This document shows, in pieces, positions 34,841 through 47,246 of a DNA stretch of 64,000 bases (position 1 is its first letter; every line of letters begins with the position of its first letter). Origin of the DNA: Alloascoidea hylecoeti (taxonomy: Eukaryota); the NCBI GenBank assembly GCA_001600815.1, contig BCKZ01000016.1, positions 1 to 64,000 of the forward strand, written 5' to 3'. Below the pieces are notes generated by a model. It worked only from the letters and a program-made list of their open reading frames with translations, was not told the origin of the DNA and did not search any database. The translations under genes and the position numbers were made by a program.

Positions 34841-36406
34841 ATGGAATTTCCACTGAATCAAAGCCCCAAACAGCACAAGCCACAACAGTCACAGCTGCCT
34901 TTCGCAAATCCCGTCCACCAGGGCCCCAACGGCATCAGGAACGGGAACGGGAACGGGAGAGCCCAGAGCCCCCGGTTTGCGAGGCAGAGTCCCACGGAAC
35001 ATGGCCAAAAGCCAGGGTTGGTGCTGTCAACGTCCGTGGCTAGCGTTGGAGGCCCTCCCAGTTCGGAGCCATCTTTGTTCCAGTCTTCGATGATCTTCGA
35101 ACGAAGTGTCCAAGACCCAATGAGTTCGTCTCTGTTTTTGCCGTCTGCTCATCCAAATGGAAGCGATAGTGTGTCCGACGCTGGCTCCATCAACTCCCAA
35201 TTCTCCCGTTTTTCGCGGTACGGTACGGATTCAATTCCATCGCATCACCATCAAGAGAATTTCATTGCTCCGGCTCTGGATGCGTCCACCCAAATCTTAA
35301 CCTCCAGTAGCACAGATCTCGATGATGTCGATTTAGTCTATAATAGGAGGAAATCCAGCGTCATTGGCTTAAATATGGCTCTAGGTAGAAACCCTGCAGG
35401 CCCTAACTGTATGACTGGCTCAACCACAAATTCATTACTCAGTTCTCCAAATCCAAGTATTCGAGAGAGAAGCCCAAGTTCTTCATTCCCCTTCAATTCT
35501 CCTTCACAAAGTGCACTTGGTTTATCCAATTTTACTTTTGGTCAATCTCCAAATATTAATGGCGGTATGCAAAGAACTATTGATTTGAGACGGTCAAAAT
35601 CAAATTTGAGAGATTTTCACCCACATAATTTGACTCATGCTCATACAACTACTGGAGTAACGCATTCAAGGGATCCTTCAAATTTAACACAATTAGAATA
35701 TAATCTTTCGAAGAAATTATCTATATCACAATTACAAAATATTGATAATAATATTGAATCAGCAACATCACCTTCTAGTCCAGCTAGAACACCTGGATTA
35801 AGACCAGTACTTAGTTTTTGTTCATTTGCTGATATGTGTGATAATGAAGGAATGGGGAGTGGAATCACAACTCCAAGAGGTTTATCATTTTCAAACCCTC
35901 AGTGGAGAAGAGACTCAACCGCTTCTTCATCTCTTTTAAAATCTCAGTATTTTTCACAACCGGTATCTAGTCCCCATTCTGCTCAATCACCAAAGGTCGT
36001 TAACTCCTCAACCCTTAGAAATCAAGAGTTTGATAATAGCACTGTAAAAAATGAATCAGAATTACCTCCAGATTCACTAGTAAGATCAGCAACCAATGAA
36101 TCATTTAGTTCATCATCATTAGAAAAAGATGTCAAGTTACAATCACCAACTCAATCTTCTAAATCACTTTCTCCATCTGATTCTGGAAGAAAGATTTCAA
36201 TCCCACCACAAACACAACAGTGTATTAATCCATCTGAATCAATATCATTAACTTCATCAATTACTTCAAATTCAATGTTTAATTATTGTACAATTCCTGA
36301 ATCTAAAGATGAATTAGACTCTTTAGAAGATAATGGATTCACTGTTTCTTGTTTAGGTGATACATTACGAAGACATGAAGGAGAAATTTTTGGAACAAGA
36401 AATTAA
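34841..36406 (+). CDS. Ser/Pro-rich, largely disordered protein of unknown function
   Basis: Long ORF from ATG 34841 (AAAAAATGG). Short motif-like islands IFERSVQ, ENFIAPALDAS, LSFCSFADM; many SP/TP and RRxS sites. Confidence 0.8.
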   Translation: MEFPLNQSPKQHKPQQSQLPFANPVHQGPNGIRNGNGNGRAQSPRFARQSPTEHGQKPGLVLSTSVASVGGPPSSEPSLFQSSMIFERSVQDPMSSSLFLPSAHPNGSDSVSDAGSINSQFSRFSRYGTDSIPSHHHQENFIAPALDASTQILTSSSTDLDDVDLVYNRRKSSVIGLNMALGRNPAGPNCMTGSTTNSLLSSPNPSIRERSPSSSFPFNSPSQSALGLSNFTFGQSPNINGGMQRTIDLRRSKSNLRDFHPHNLTHAHTTTGVTHSRDPSNLTQLEYNLSKKLSISQLQNIDNNIESATSPSSPARTPGLRPVLSFCSFADMCDNEGMGSGITTPRGLSFSNPQWRRDSTASSSLLKSQYFSQPVSSPHSAQSPKVVNSSTLRNQEFDNSTVKNESELPPDSLVRSATNESFSSSSLEKDVKLQSPTQSSKSLSPSDSGRKISIPPQTQQCINPSESISLTSSITSNSMFNYCTIPESKDELDSLEDNGFTVSCLGDTLRRHEGEIFGTRN

Positions 36407-37164
36407 TTTTTGAATATCATCCACCAAATTTAATTTCTCATAACTAACTAACTAATATAAGTATGGAAACATTTTTAGATATACTTATTATATTATATTA
36501 AATAAATTTTTCTTCTTTTCTTTTTTTGTTTGTTTATTTGGTTCGAATTCTAAGGATTATGATTTTTTTTTTACTTGGTCAATTTTATTTTTATATTTAT
36601 TTTCATCCCTTTTGTTCTAACTTAATAAATCTCAAATTTTGTTACTTTTATACATTTTTTATAGACATTCATTTTGTTCAATCTTTTTTTTAACTCGAGT
36701 TATTGATGTTACTGTTGTTAGTACTGTTATTGTTATTGTTGTTGTTTTTGCTGTTGCTGTTGTTTGATTGGTTTACTCTTTGATATAGTTTCTTGAAGGT
36801 TACTACTACCTGAAAACTATTGACTAGTTAATATTAAACTCCATAATTAAATTTATTAAATATCTAATAAATGAGATTGTAAGTTATATGATCCTTATTT
36901 GTATATTATACGTAAAAGTAGCCTATACAATATATAGCTATAAATTGCAATTGCGGAGTAAAATGTGTTTTGACGATTGCAAAATAAGCTTTGATAAAAT
37001 TACCAAACCCGAAATCGTGGAAGGTTTTGAAAACTTAAAATTATGAGGGTCTATGCACACAACGTTCATGTGGCTTATGCAGCATCATCGTGAAAACTAT
37101 TTTTTTTCTGTGAGAGTGAAATATTTCATTATTAATTAAAACTTTCAAAAATACAAACACAAAT

Positions 37165-38116
37165 ATGGTAAGTAACAAAAACATATGAATCATAAAATCC
37201 TATTGTCTTTTCTAACTAGTATTTCACTTTATAGATTAGAAGACAAGCACGAGAACGACGTGAATATTTATACCGAAAAGCATTAGAATCCCAAAATGCT
37301 GCAAAATATGAGAATCATTTACGGTTAAAAGCAGCATTAGCAGCAGGTAAAGAATTACCAAAAGATATTGCTGATGATGAACAATTACAAAAAGATTATC
37401 AATATGATGAATCAATACCTTCGGATAGGAAAAAAATAACTGACGATGAATATGGTATTGATGATGAATATGCTCATCTTAGTGGAGTTATTGATCCTAA
37501 AATTGTTGTTACTACAAGTAGGGATCCAAGTACAAAATTAGCACAATTTGCAAAAGAAATCAAGTTATTACTTCCAACAAGTGTTAGAGTTAATAGAGGT
37601 AATACAGTTATGCCAGCACTTGTTTCAGCATGTCAAACTTCAAGTGCAACTGATTTAATTTTATTACATGAACATCGTGGTAAACCAACAAGTATGGTAG
37701 TTTCTCATTTCCCCCATGGTCCAACTGCGTTTTTCACACTTCATAATGTTCAATTACGACATGATTCAGATATTTTTAAAGGTACTGTATCAGAAGTTTA
37801 TCCACATTTAATTTTTGAAAATTTTAATACAAAATTAGGTAAAAGAATAGAAACGGTTTTAAAACATTTATTCCCACCTGGTGTTAAAAAAGATTCTTCA
37901 AGAGTTGTATCATTCATAAATAAAAATGATTATATTAGTGTTAGGCATCATATGTATGCAAAAGTTGGCAAAGAAGTTGTTTTATCTGAAGTTGGTCCAA
38001 GATTTGATATGAGATTATATGAATTAAGATTAGGTACAGTTGAAAATAAAGATGCTGATGTTGAATGGCACTTATCAAGTTTTACAAGAACTGCAAATAA
38101 AAAGGATTATTTATAG
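37165..38116 (+). CDS. IMP4: U3 snoRNP Brix-domain protein Imp4 (2 exons)
   Basis: Exons 37165-37167 (ATG only) and 37235-38116, intron GTAAGT...CTAAC...[40 protein letters not shown]. Confidence 0.96.
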
Positions 38117-39238
38117 TGGCTTAATATACTTAATTTCATTTGTTTTATATTCATATTTGTCTTTTTTATATAACCATACTAGCAATTAAAACTCTCTACC
38201 TAATGATGATATAAAACACTAAGTTTGATTAATAATGATATATGTAAGTGAAGATAATTTCAGGCAGATTGTGTTGAACAAGACATGTTGTGATTTGGGA
38301 CTATTCCTGATCAGAATATCCCCAATTTGAAGTTTTATTAAACTTTATGCGCCAGGAACATAGTCACAGGTTCAAAGAGTATCTCTCTGAGTAGACAAAA
38401 ATCTTAAAATGAGTTTATCCCAACAAACTTTCTCATTTTCCCCTTAATCAAGAAGTTAAAGAAGAACGTTGACGATACGAACTAATAGATTAAAGTACTT
38501 GAAGCATTACATGTATAACATATTTTTTATTAGTTTAGCCTATCTGATCTAACTTTTCCTATATAATTAATTGTTTTTAATCGAATTTTTTTAATGTAGA
38601 ATTTAATCTTGATTCATATCCTAGATCCCAATCAGATCAAATATATTCTCCGGAGGGTTTTCTTAGCACGTGATAATATGTATCAAGTATTCGGTCATGT
38701 GATATTCGCGTTATGCACTAAATAACCGGCCAGATGATACACTAATGTTCGGTCCTGCTACCAGTTTCAAGTACCTCTTTAGTGTTTTGTCGTGTGTGAT
38801 TTTAATGTTACTGACATTTTTTCTAGATAAATAATGTCATAATTTATTTTGAGTTCAAGTTTGTATCTGTTGTTGAATATTAGATAAATTCCTCAGTAAA
38901 TAGAAAAATAAGTGATATAGGAATTATTATCATGGTAATAAAGTATTTAGTGATTAATTCAAGGAAATCATGAGCTCGTGAGTTTTTAAAATTTAGTAGA
39001 ATGATCAATAAGTATAGAATCAATTAATTAGCTATGAATGTATAGAAATTTAAAGTTCTTTTTACCTATCTAGGTTGGTCTGAAATAGAGAGTAAATTTC
39101 GCAACTCCATAATTTATGTCGAGGAACTTCCACATTTTATAGAAGTATCGTAAAAATATAATATATTAATATTCATATTTAATTTCCAAGAGTTTAAAAA
39201 CAATTACGTGTTTATACAATCCAGAGGCACAATCAATT

Positions 39239-40682
39239 ATGGGTGAATTAGAATCAACATACAGACTTAATCAACATGGTAGCGGTGTAAGGAAAACTAG
39301 TGTAAACAGTGAGGGAATATCGGTCTTTGATGGTAGTGCTGAACACGCCAGAACATTGCCAAATTTGACGGAGGAATCGAACCAAGCAGGATTCGATAGA
39401 TATATTTCCTGGTGTCTACTTTAAATCGAATTGGACTGGCCAAATATCTCACAGATGATAACATTTATCATNNNNNNNNNNNNNNNNNNNNNNNNNNNNN
39501 NNNNNNNNNNNNNNNNNNNNNNNNNNATGATAAATGTTATCATCTGTGAGATATTTGGCCAGTCCAATTCGATTTAAAGTAGACACCAGGAAATATATCT
39601 ATCGAATCCTGCTTGGTTCGATTCCTCTGTCAAATTTGGCAATGTTCTGGCATGTTCAGCACTACTATGGTGATGATTTAGAAACTGATTCATGGTATGA
39701 ATTGTACAAAGAACGTTATTTTTTAGAATTAAATTGGAAAAATCATAAATGTATATCGCATACTTTAAGTGGTTCTTCTAACGTAATACATTGTTTATAT
39801 TTTTTAAAAGCTGGATTATAATTGATTCAGCAGATTGTACAATTAGAATTTTGGATAACGACACTTTTCGATGTTTAAGGGTTTTACGTGAACCAAATTT
39901 TTATCAGCAGAGGAAATATTCAAATTAATAATAGCTTTTGATATCAAAATTCATTCGGATGGAGTCAGTTGTATAGATATTGATGATAAATATTTATTTT
40001 CTGTCATTTGGTGGTTCTTGTATTATTTGGAACTTACCAGATTTTAAACCAATAGATCGTTTGACAATACCAAGAGAAACAAATACCAAATTATATTTAA
40101 CAGATGTCACTTTATACAGTGATCATATGTTCTTATGCAAAGGATACAGATGGTACTATTGGTGTTTGGAAATCAAGCCTTGATTCTGAACATCGAAGTA
40201 CAACACTGTTCGGAGCAAGAAGGTTCAGTTAATAGTATTTGCATTCATAATGGTATTCTATATAGTACAAGATATTACAATGTAAGAACCTAGAATATTG
40301 AAACTGGTCAAAAATTCCAAGAATTTCAATATAATCTTAAGTTCCATTACATGATCGATACTTATTTGTTGTTGAAATGAACAGAGTAATAGCTCAGGAT
40401 TTACAAACAAATAAAATGAAAAAAATATTAAAAAATGAAGGAACTGTTAGACTATTAGCTAATAAAAAAATAAAATTTGTCAATTCTGATAATACTATTA
40501 AGATTTGGGATTTAAATGATCAAAAATTACCAATGAAAAAAATACTAAAAAAATATGGAATTTTATATATGCATCCTGTTTTAAAAGTTTTTGGTGATGT
40601 TTTTGCTACAAATGGGGATGTTGCTATTTATGATTTTACCAAAAATTTAAGGGAAAAATATTTAAAATATTTATGCTGTTGA
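39239..40682 (+). pseudogene. Disrupted F-box/WD40 (beta-TrCP/FWD-1/Met30-like) gene
   Basis: Fragments in different frames: WYELYKERYFLELNW...HTLSG...IHCL, SADCTIRI..FRCLRVL, HSDGVSCIDIDDKYLFS, SCIIWNLPDFKPIDRL, SDNTIKIWDL. Many stops and frameshifts. 5' limit uncertain. Confidence 0.75.
39472..39526. other. Assembly gap (55 N)
   Basis: Run of n. Confidence 1.
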
Positions 40683-41497
40683 GATTTGAAAGTAAACATC
40701 AATATATTGTTGCTTAAATAATCAAACGACATAACTTTAATAATCTCAGCCCTCTAAATCTTGGAACCATAGCATATAATACCTGGTACCAGTATATTAA
40801 GAAGAATTTCATCGCACTAATATCAATCTAATTTAAATTCATTGTATTTATGAAATATTGTCATACCATAATTATTTGCCTTGTAATTGATTATATTGAC
40901 AATTTGACACTTCTGAAATATAAAGAAATCGGTACAGCAGAAATACGCATTTGTCTATCAATTACTTTTGCAACAACATTGATAAGAACAAACTCTTCCC
41001 TATCTTCACAAAGTTCACATAATCATATTTATATAAACATATAAAATACAAGGTAAATATTAATATATTTTGCAATCATCTTGAGGGATCCCCATTTTTC
41101 TTAGTAAATTCCTTCCTTTCTCTTTAAAGTCAATAATCCTAGAACAACTAGATAACACTGCTATTTCTATCTTTGAAATTGTAGGATAGAAAAAAAATGG
41201 AGCTGTTCACCGGCTGAGCTTCCGTAATATAAATACGGCTATAAAATAAACCTTGTAATATATTGATAATGATATTTTTTACATCTTTTGTAAATAGCCT
41301 AACAAGCTTATACATTTTTGAAAAGCTGGAATTTTTCTTTTAATTTCAGATCATCCATTAATATAGCAGCAAAGAATACATTTATGAAAGAGAAATTTAT
41401 ACCCCTTTTTGCCGTCTAAATGTTTATGATTTAATATCTTATAATTATTATAATTAGTACAATGGTGGCACATAAGGGACAAATAGAAAACCTCGCT

Positions 41498-41604
41498 ATG
41501 GACGGCTAACTTCCAAATGACGATGCGCATATACTATTTACTATATGCATATTTGCAGAATAACTGTGTATGACAATTCATTGATTAAAGTGAGAAAAAG
41601 GGAC
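41498..41604 (+). repeat. Dispersed repeat B, matches 25534-25645
   Basis: Identical TATGCATATTTGCAGAAT (41544-41561 vs 25587-25604) with colinear flanks. Confidence 0.75.
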
Positions 41605-44600
41605 TAAATGGATTCTGTTTGCCATTTATTTGTTTGCACACATTTTCAGAATTGACATTTATTGTCATGTTCATAATAGTTAATAAGTTAAAGATTATTC
41701 ATGATTATATTAGGATAAACAGTCCACATATACAGAATTTCTGGTGATGTTTGGTAGTTGTTTAAGAACATTAATACAATTGCAACCTGTATAAGTTATA
41801 CCTCAATTTACTTTCGAATTCCACGTACCGACATCTTATTCAATCTGTTTAGATTATTATTTATCCTTAATTATCAGAACTTTTTGGATCTCATAGGTAT
41901 TCTCAAATGTTTGCAATTGGATATGGTATCTTGTAAAGTAATGCCATTCTTTTGACTTTTCATTAAAATCTAATTAAAAAACTAGAGGATATGGCCCTTG
42001 ATGTGAAACCCCACAAAATCTATAAATTTTCTCTATTTGGCAGGTGATATAATACTGATATAATGAGTATATAGTTGATTTCGATCATGTTGTAGGGCTA
42101 GGCAGCTGATATAAATTGCGATGGTTGTAAATTATAAGGAATCACTTGAGCTTCTTATATATTAGCTGAATTTCACGACATCAGTATCAGACGCATATAC
42201 CTATAACAGACTTAAAAAATTGAGTAGTCATTTTACAACTTTAAAAACAAAATAGCAATATAGAAGGATCAAAATTTTCTATTTGTCTTGTAGATCTATA
42301 GGCCTATACATAGTAATTTGATGGATATCTAGAATTCAGGATGGATGGACGAAGTAAGCTTAAAGTACAGGTTTCAGGTTACGAAGGTATCATGAATCCT
42401 GATCTACAAAATGAAGTCCCAATCTCAGAGAACTATAAATATCTTTCTCTAACTTTGTCTCAACATAACATGATTAGCTATAAAGTTTACATGTGATTAT
42501 AATTGCTTCCGGATCCGATATATTCCAAATCCTGTTGAGAGTAAGTTTCAAATTTCAATTGTGATATTAAAAGTTATAATTTTGTGTTATAATATTAGTA
42601 ACGAGGTTTTTATTACAAATAAAAGGATATATTATACCGGTATATATCGAATGCGCTTCCTCTAGACCGTAGCTCCCGCGCCCCTACCCATGTAAAAGTG
42701 TCCGTATCTTGCCGTTATACCAAAAAGCCAATTGACTTTTTGTGAACTGCTCAAATGTGCCATATGATATCAAAGATAATTCAGGTTGTCACAATATCCA
42801 ACAGATTATAACTACATGTAACTCCATATATAAGTTATAACTTATAAGTGCGGCTAATAATAATTGACTCGACTTATTTTATTATATTTTAAGTTTTTTA
42901 AGTGAAAATGTTATAATTTGATTTATTCATAAAATTAACGCCTGAGTCAAGTGAAACTAAAATAGAATTGGTTCAATTTGGTTGGCATCTTATACGTATA
43001 ATTAAATATATATTATTGGTTTATAATCCTTGTATTCTCTACAATAAAACGTTTTAGATCCAGATCTGGGTGAGCATGGTCGTAATTGCAATTAAAATAT
43101 TGCAAACATCAAATGTATTGATGCATTATATTATTACAGTTTTATATGGTCAAGATCTTATAATTATCAATCTTTTCAAGTTTCAAGTTTCATATTTTTA
43201 TTGCATATTCAACTTAAGCGGTTAATTATAATCACAAAAATACTTTTAAATTTGTTTTCTTCGAGTTGTACACCTTATTACATGCTAATATAATCACAAT
43301 TTTTTGTAAGAAGTCAACGTTCCCGTTAATTATCCCTCTCGTTATAAGAAGAGTGACCACAACCTGCCAATTGCGAAGATTTTAAATTTTTCTACATTTC
43401 TTTACACCTTTAATTATACATGTATTTCGATTTAATTGTAACACAAGAAATGAAATCAGGATTTAGGATCGATACCAGTATAACTTTATGACCTTTGGTG
43501 GAATTGAATCGGGCAATAGCATTAAACTAAAAGGATCGTATATCGTATATTTTATTATACAATGGTGAATCATTATAAATTGGTGATTCGGTTAATGTGT
43601 AACTTATATAATATATTGGTATTGCTTTAATTATTATATGTTTATAATATACGTGCTGTATATTGTATATTGTAAATTGTATATTATGTATAACTTATAT
43701 TTTATATTCCAACTTGTGTATGCATAGTAATGTGTACGTACTACGTAGTACATGTTATGCTATAATATTGCAATTTCTATTTTAGCAATCATATCATCGA
43801 TATATAATTAAGTATAGATAGTTAATTATATCTAGAATCGATACTAAATGACATTTGTATAGAGTTTAAACTTTGTATCATGAGGTATATAAATATAACC
43901 CTATATAACCATCATATGTATTAATATTATGTATACTACTTTGTATAAAAATAACTCTTTTTTGTTGATAATTTGATGATCATATTCAATGGGATATATT
44001 CTCAATATTTAGCGTTAAAGTTACGCCCCAGATATGCAGTTGATGCTTGAAAACCAAACCAATTGCAATTATAAATTGTAATGGCTAATATTAATGTTAT
44101 AATTAATGCTGTGAGAATAGCGATAAGGACTAATTTAATCTATGGGAGGAGGAAATTTAATTTGTATTGGAGATTGGAATATAGTAGTTCAAGATGAAAT
44201 CGAACTCTCCGGTCTTAGACTAAGATTCTAACTTTACTTTTTCCTTAGAATATGATTACAATTAACAACACAATGAACACAGTAACTTTTTTATGTTCAC
44301 GTTATTCTCATGATTAATAATTATTCTACTTGCAATTGAAATTGGATCATATTATATTAATATTATAATGTAATAATCTTACATATTACACGAATAACAT
44401 GGAAAATTGATGTTACGATCGATATCTATATATATTGTGTAAATAAGACAATTTATATAATACATGCTAGGTTGCTCCACCTTATAAGCTAGATATAATT
44501 ATATAGATCACGCTTTTCTATATGTCTAACAGATCTAAGATATAAATCATCTTATAGTTAGCTAGGTTATCAGTACAATGTATTATAATATTGCATATAA

Positions 44601-44697
44601 CTACGCTACATTTAATACCAAGCGCTATAGGGATGATTTTGATATCAATTAAGGAAGAAAAAGGAATCGTCTGAGCAAAGTCTCTACTATAGCTAAT

Positions 44698-44737
44698 TAT
44701 AAGGTGTATAAATATAAGGTGTATAAATATAACGTGT
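44698..44737 (+). repeat. 15-bp tandem repeat duplicating a TATA box
   Basis: TATAAGGTGTATAAA twice plus a partial copy, about 100 bp upstream of ATG 44824. Confidence 0.7.
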
Positions 44738-44823
44738 TTTCCTCTAATTAATGTCATATTCAATATTTTATATAATATCACAAATCTTGCTCAATTAAAG
44801 CTTCACATATAAACAAATACAAA

Positions 44824-45903
44824 ATGACCAAAGTTCTTCTTACTGGTGCATCGGGTTATATTGCCCTACATACTCTCGAGCAGCTACTACTTGATTCTGA
44901 TGATTTTAAAGTAGTTGCTACAGTCAGATCACAACCAAAAGCTGATTTTGTTCTCGAAAACATGAAGAAGCTTCATCCAGAAATAGATTATCCCAACAAG
45001 TTGACATTTGAAATTGTTCCAGATATTAATGTTAAAGGTGCTTTTGATGAAACTGTTAAAAAACATCCAGATCTTGAATTTGTTTTACATACTGCTTCAC
45101 CTTTCACATATCAAGTTGAGGATCCAACAAAAGAATTGCATGATCCAGCTGTTAATGGAATCTTAAATGTTCTTAACGCTGTTAAGAAATATGGTCCTAA
45201 TGTTAAACACGTTACAGAAACTTCATCTTTCGCTGCAGTTGCCGATTTAGGTTTAATAAGAGAAAAGGATCACATCTGGACTGAGGAATCATGGAATCCA
45301 TTGACTTGGGATATAGCAGTAAACATTCCAAATCATGCTGTACATTACTTTGTTTCTAAGGCATCTGCAGAACGTGCTACTTGGGAGTTCAATAAAAATG
45401 AAAAGCCTAATTTTACAATAAGTGCTATTAATCCCTCATATGTATGGGGACCTCAATTATTCGATGCCACATTGAAATCCAGACCAATTAATCAATCAAT
45501 GCTAGAGTTTCATGATTTGTTGGTTCTTGATCCTAAAGCTACAGATCCTCTTGACAATCCTGCAACAGGTCCATATTTCTATTACATTGATGTTAGAGAT
45601 GTAGCCAAACATCAAGTAGCTTCTATTAAGAGACATGATATTGCTAAAAATAATAGATGGTTACTTATAGCAGATTTTATTAGTGGACAAGATTTGGTTG
45701 ATTATTTCCATAAAACTTTCCCAGAATATGCTTCCAAACATGTTGGTTTAGGACAACCTGGATCAGGTAAGGATGTCAGAAATCTAATACCTAAATGGAA
45801 TGCGGAGAAAACTCTTGAACAAAGTCAAGTTAAGCTTATAGATCCTAAAAAGACACTTTATGATTCTACTAAACAATTAATTGATGTCCTTCACTCTGAA
45901 TAG
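44824..45903 (+). CDS. Second Gre2/Ari1-like NADPH-dependent aldehyde reductase
   Basis: VLLTGASGYIA, VLHTASPF, TSSFAAV, YFVSK, IDVRDVA. Clear paralog of 27420-28526. Confidence 0.93.
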   Translation: MTKVLLTGASGYIALHTLEQLLLDSDDFKVVATVRSQPKADFVLENMKKLHPEIDYPNKLTFEIVPDINVKGAFDETVKKHPDLEFVLHTASPFTYQVEDPTKELHDPAVNGILNVLNAVKKYGPNVKHVTETSSFAAVADLGLIREKDHIWTEESWNPLTWDIAVNIPNHAVHYFVSKASAERATWEFNKNEKPNFTISAINPSYVWGPQLFDATLKSRPINQSMLEFHDLLVLDPKATDPLDNPATGPYFYYIDVRDVAKHQVASIKRHDIAKNNRWLLIADFISGQDLVDYFHKTFPEYASKHVGLGQPGSGKDVRNLIPKWNAEKTLEQSQVKLIDPKKTLYDSTKQLIDVLHSE

Positions 45904-46616
45904 ATTTTTCATTTGTTATTTAAACATTAGAACTTTATCATATTTTTATTTAAAATTTAAACAAAGTCTGTTATAAATATACCAAACCACAAACCAAAAA
46001 TTGTCTATATAATTGTCAAATAATGCTGTAAATATTCATGTGACTATGAGTAATTTGTTCGCCATTACAGAGCCCATTGTTACAGTATAATTCGTTTCTA
46101 ATTCTTAACAGAATTTTTTGTGAAACGAACGTAATTGGGTTAACGTGGCAAAAGTACGTTCGCTATGTGATTCCCTACTGTTATATGGTATAGACTCTAG
46201 ATCTAGATCTAGCCATTTACATTATTTTTACTAATAATAATGGTACTAGCGAATTGTACGGTGTTATCACTTATGACGTGAGAGTAAATAAGAAGGGAAA
46301 CAAGAAACAAACGATATGAAAAGAAAACACAAACTCTAGCAAGAATATCCATACCAAGTTGAAAAGGAAATAATCAGTAACTCAACGTTAACCAAACATG
46401 AAGAATTCTCTAAAATGTAAAATGTATCTACTTTCACGGCTTGTCTAGTTCTCAGCTCAAAGTTTCAAACGGTGGGTTATAAGATTAAAGATTTCACTTG
46501 TTCAGACCAAAAACTTGATAACTTGATTTCTACAAGAGTTGTAGTTAATAAACATAGATAATCTAGAAGCATGATTACAAAATAAATGGGGAACAAGAAT
46601 TGAAATAATTTGTAGT

Positions 46617-46997
46617 TATACTGTATCTTGACCAGAGAGATCAGTTTCTGGTCTTGAAGATAAACGCATCGGGAAAATTTGATTATTCAAAGCCCTAGGT
46701 TCCATAGCAGGTAGATCAACTATCGGAGAGGGAGAGCAGCCGGGGGAATCATAATGTGAAGATCTAGAGTGCAATTTAGAATCCGAATCTGACGACAGGA
46801 GAGATATTTCACCATGCTACTTCTAAGAGTGACCTACAGAAGTAAACGCTGGGTCTGCAGTGACAGAAGAAACAATAGAAGTTTCTGGTGCAGTATCAAC
46901 CGCAACACTAGTAGAAGGTATTGAAGAAGAATATTGAACGGAGCTATGCTCAAGATGTTCAATGACAGAAGTAATAATAAAAGAATTAGTAAAACAT
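46617..46997 (-). pseudogene. Possible relic of a Ser-rich ORF
   Basis: One frame reads FTNSFIITSVIEH...SSSIPSTSVAVDTAPETSIVSSVTAD for about 125 codons with two internal TAG; the ATG at 46997 is one base out of frame. Confidence 0.35.
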
Positions 46998-47193
46998 TTT
47001 CAGTTTGAAAATTTCTGATTTATACGACAGCCGGAAAGGCAGGGCAGTGCTTAATATAAGTTAATAGGATATAGCTCTATTGGTTATTGATGCTAAAACT
47101 TCAAATATTTCAAATAATTCTACTGGTCATTATAAAATAATTACAATATTAAAATATATAGCGTAGGCCAATATTATGCCGCACTCGGTAGTG

Positions 47194-47246
47194 CCGGGTA
47201 ATCTACGATCAGGCACGTGAGTCAGTGACGCACGCTAACTTATAAA
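47194..47246 (+). promoter_or_regulatory. Compact promoter-like module: Reb1 site, overlapping Cbf1/Gcn4 sites, TATA
   Basis: CCGGGTAA 47194; CACGTGA 47214-47220 overlapping TGAGTCA 47218-47224; TATAAA 47241. Confidence 0.55.

Noticed and set aside
36540..36550. GGTTCGAATTC, resembling a tRNA B-box
   Set aside because: No A-box or cloverleaf; it lies in a T-rich 3' region.
40700..44500. Long AT-rich gene-free tract as a possible centromere
   Set aside because: No diagnostic element visible; partly explained by repeat relics. Its short ORFs are unsupported.
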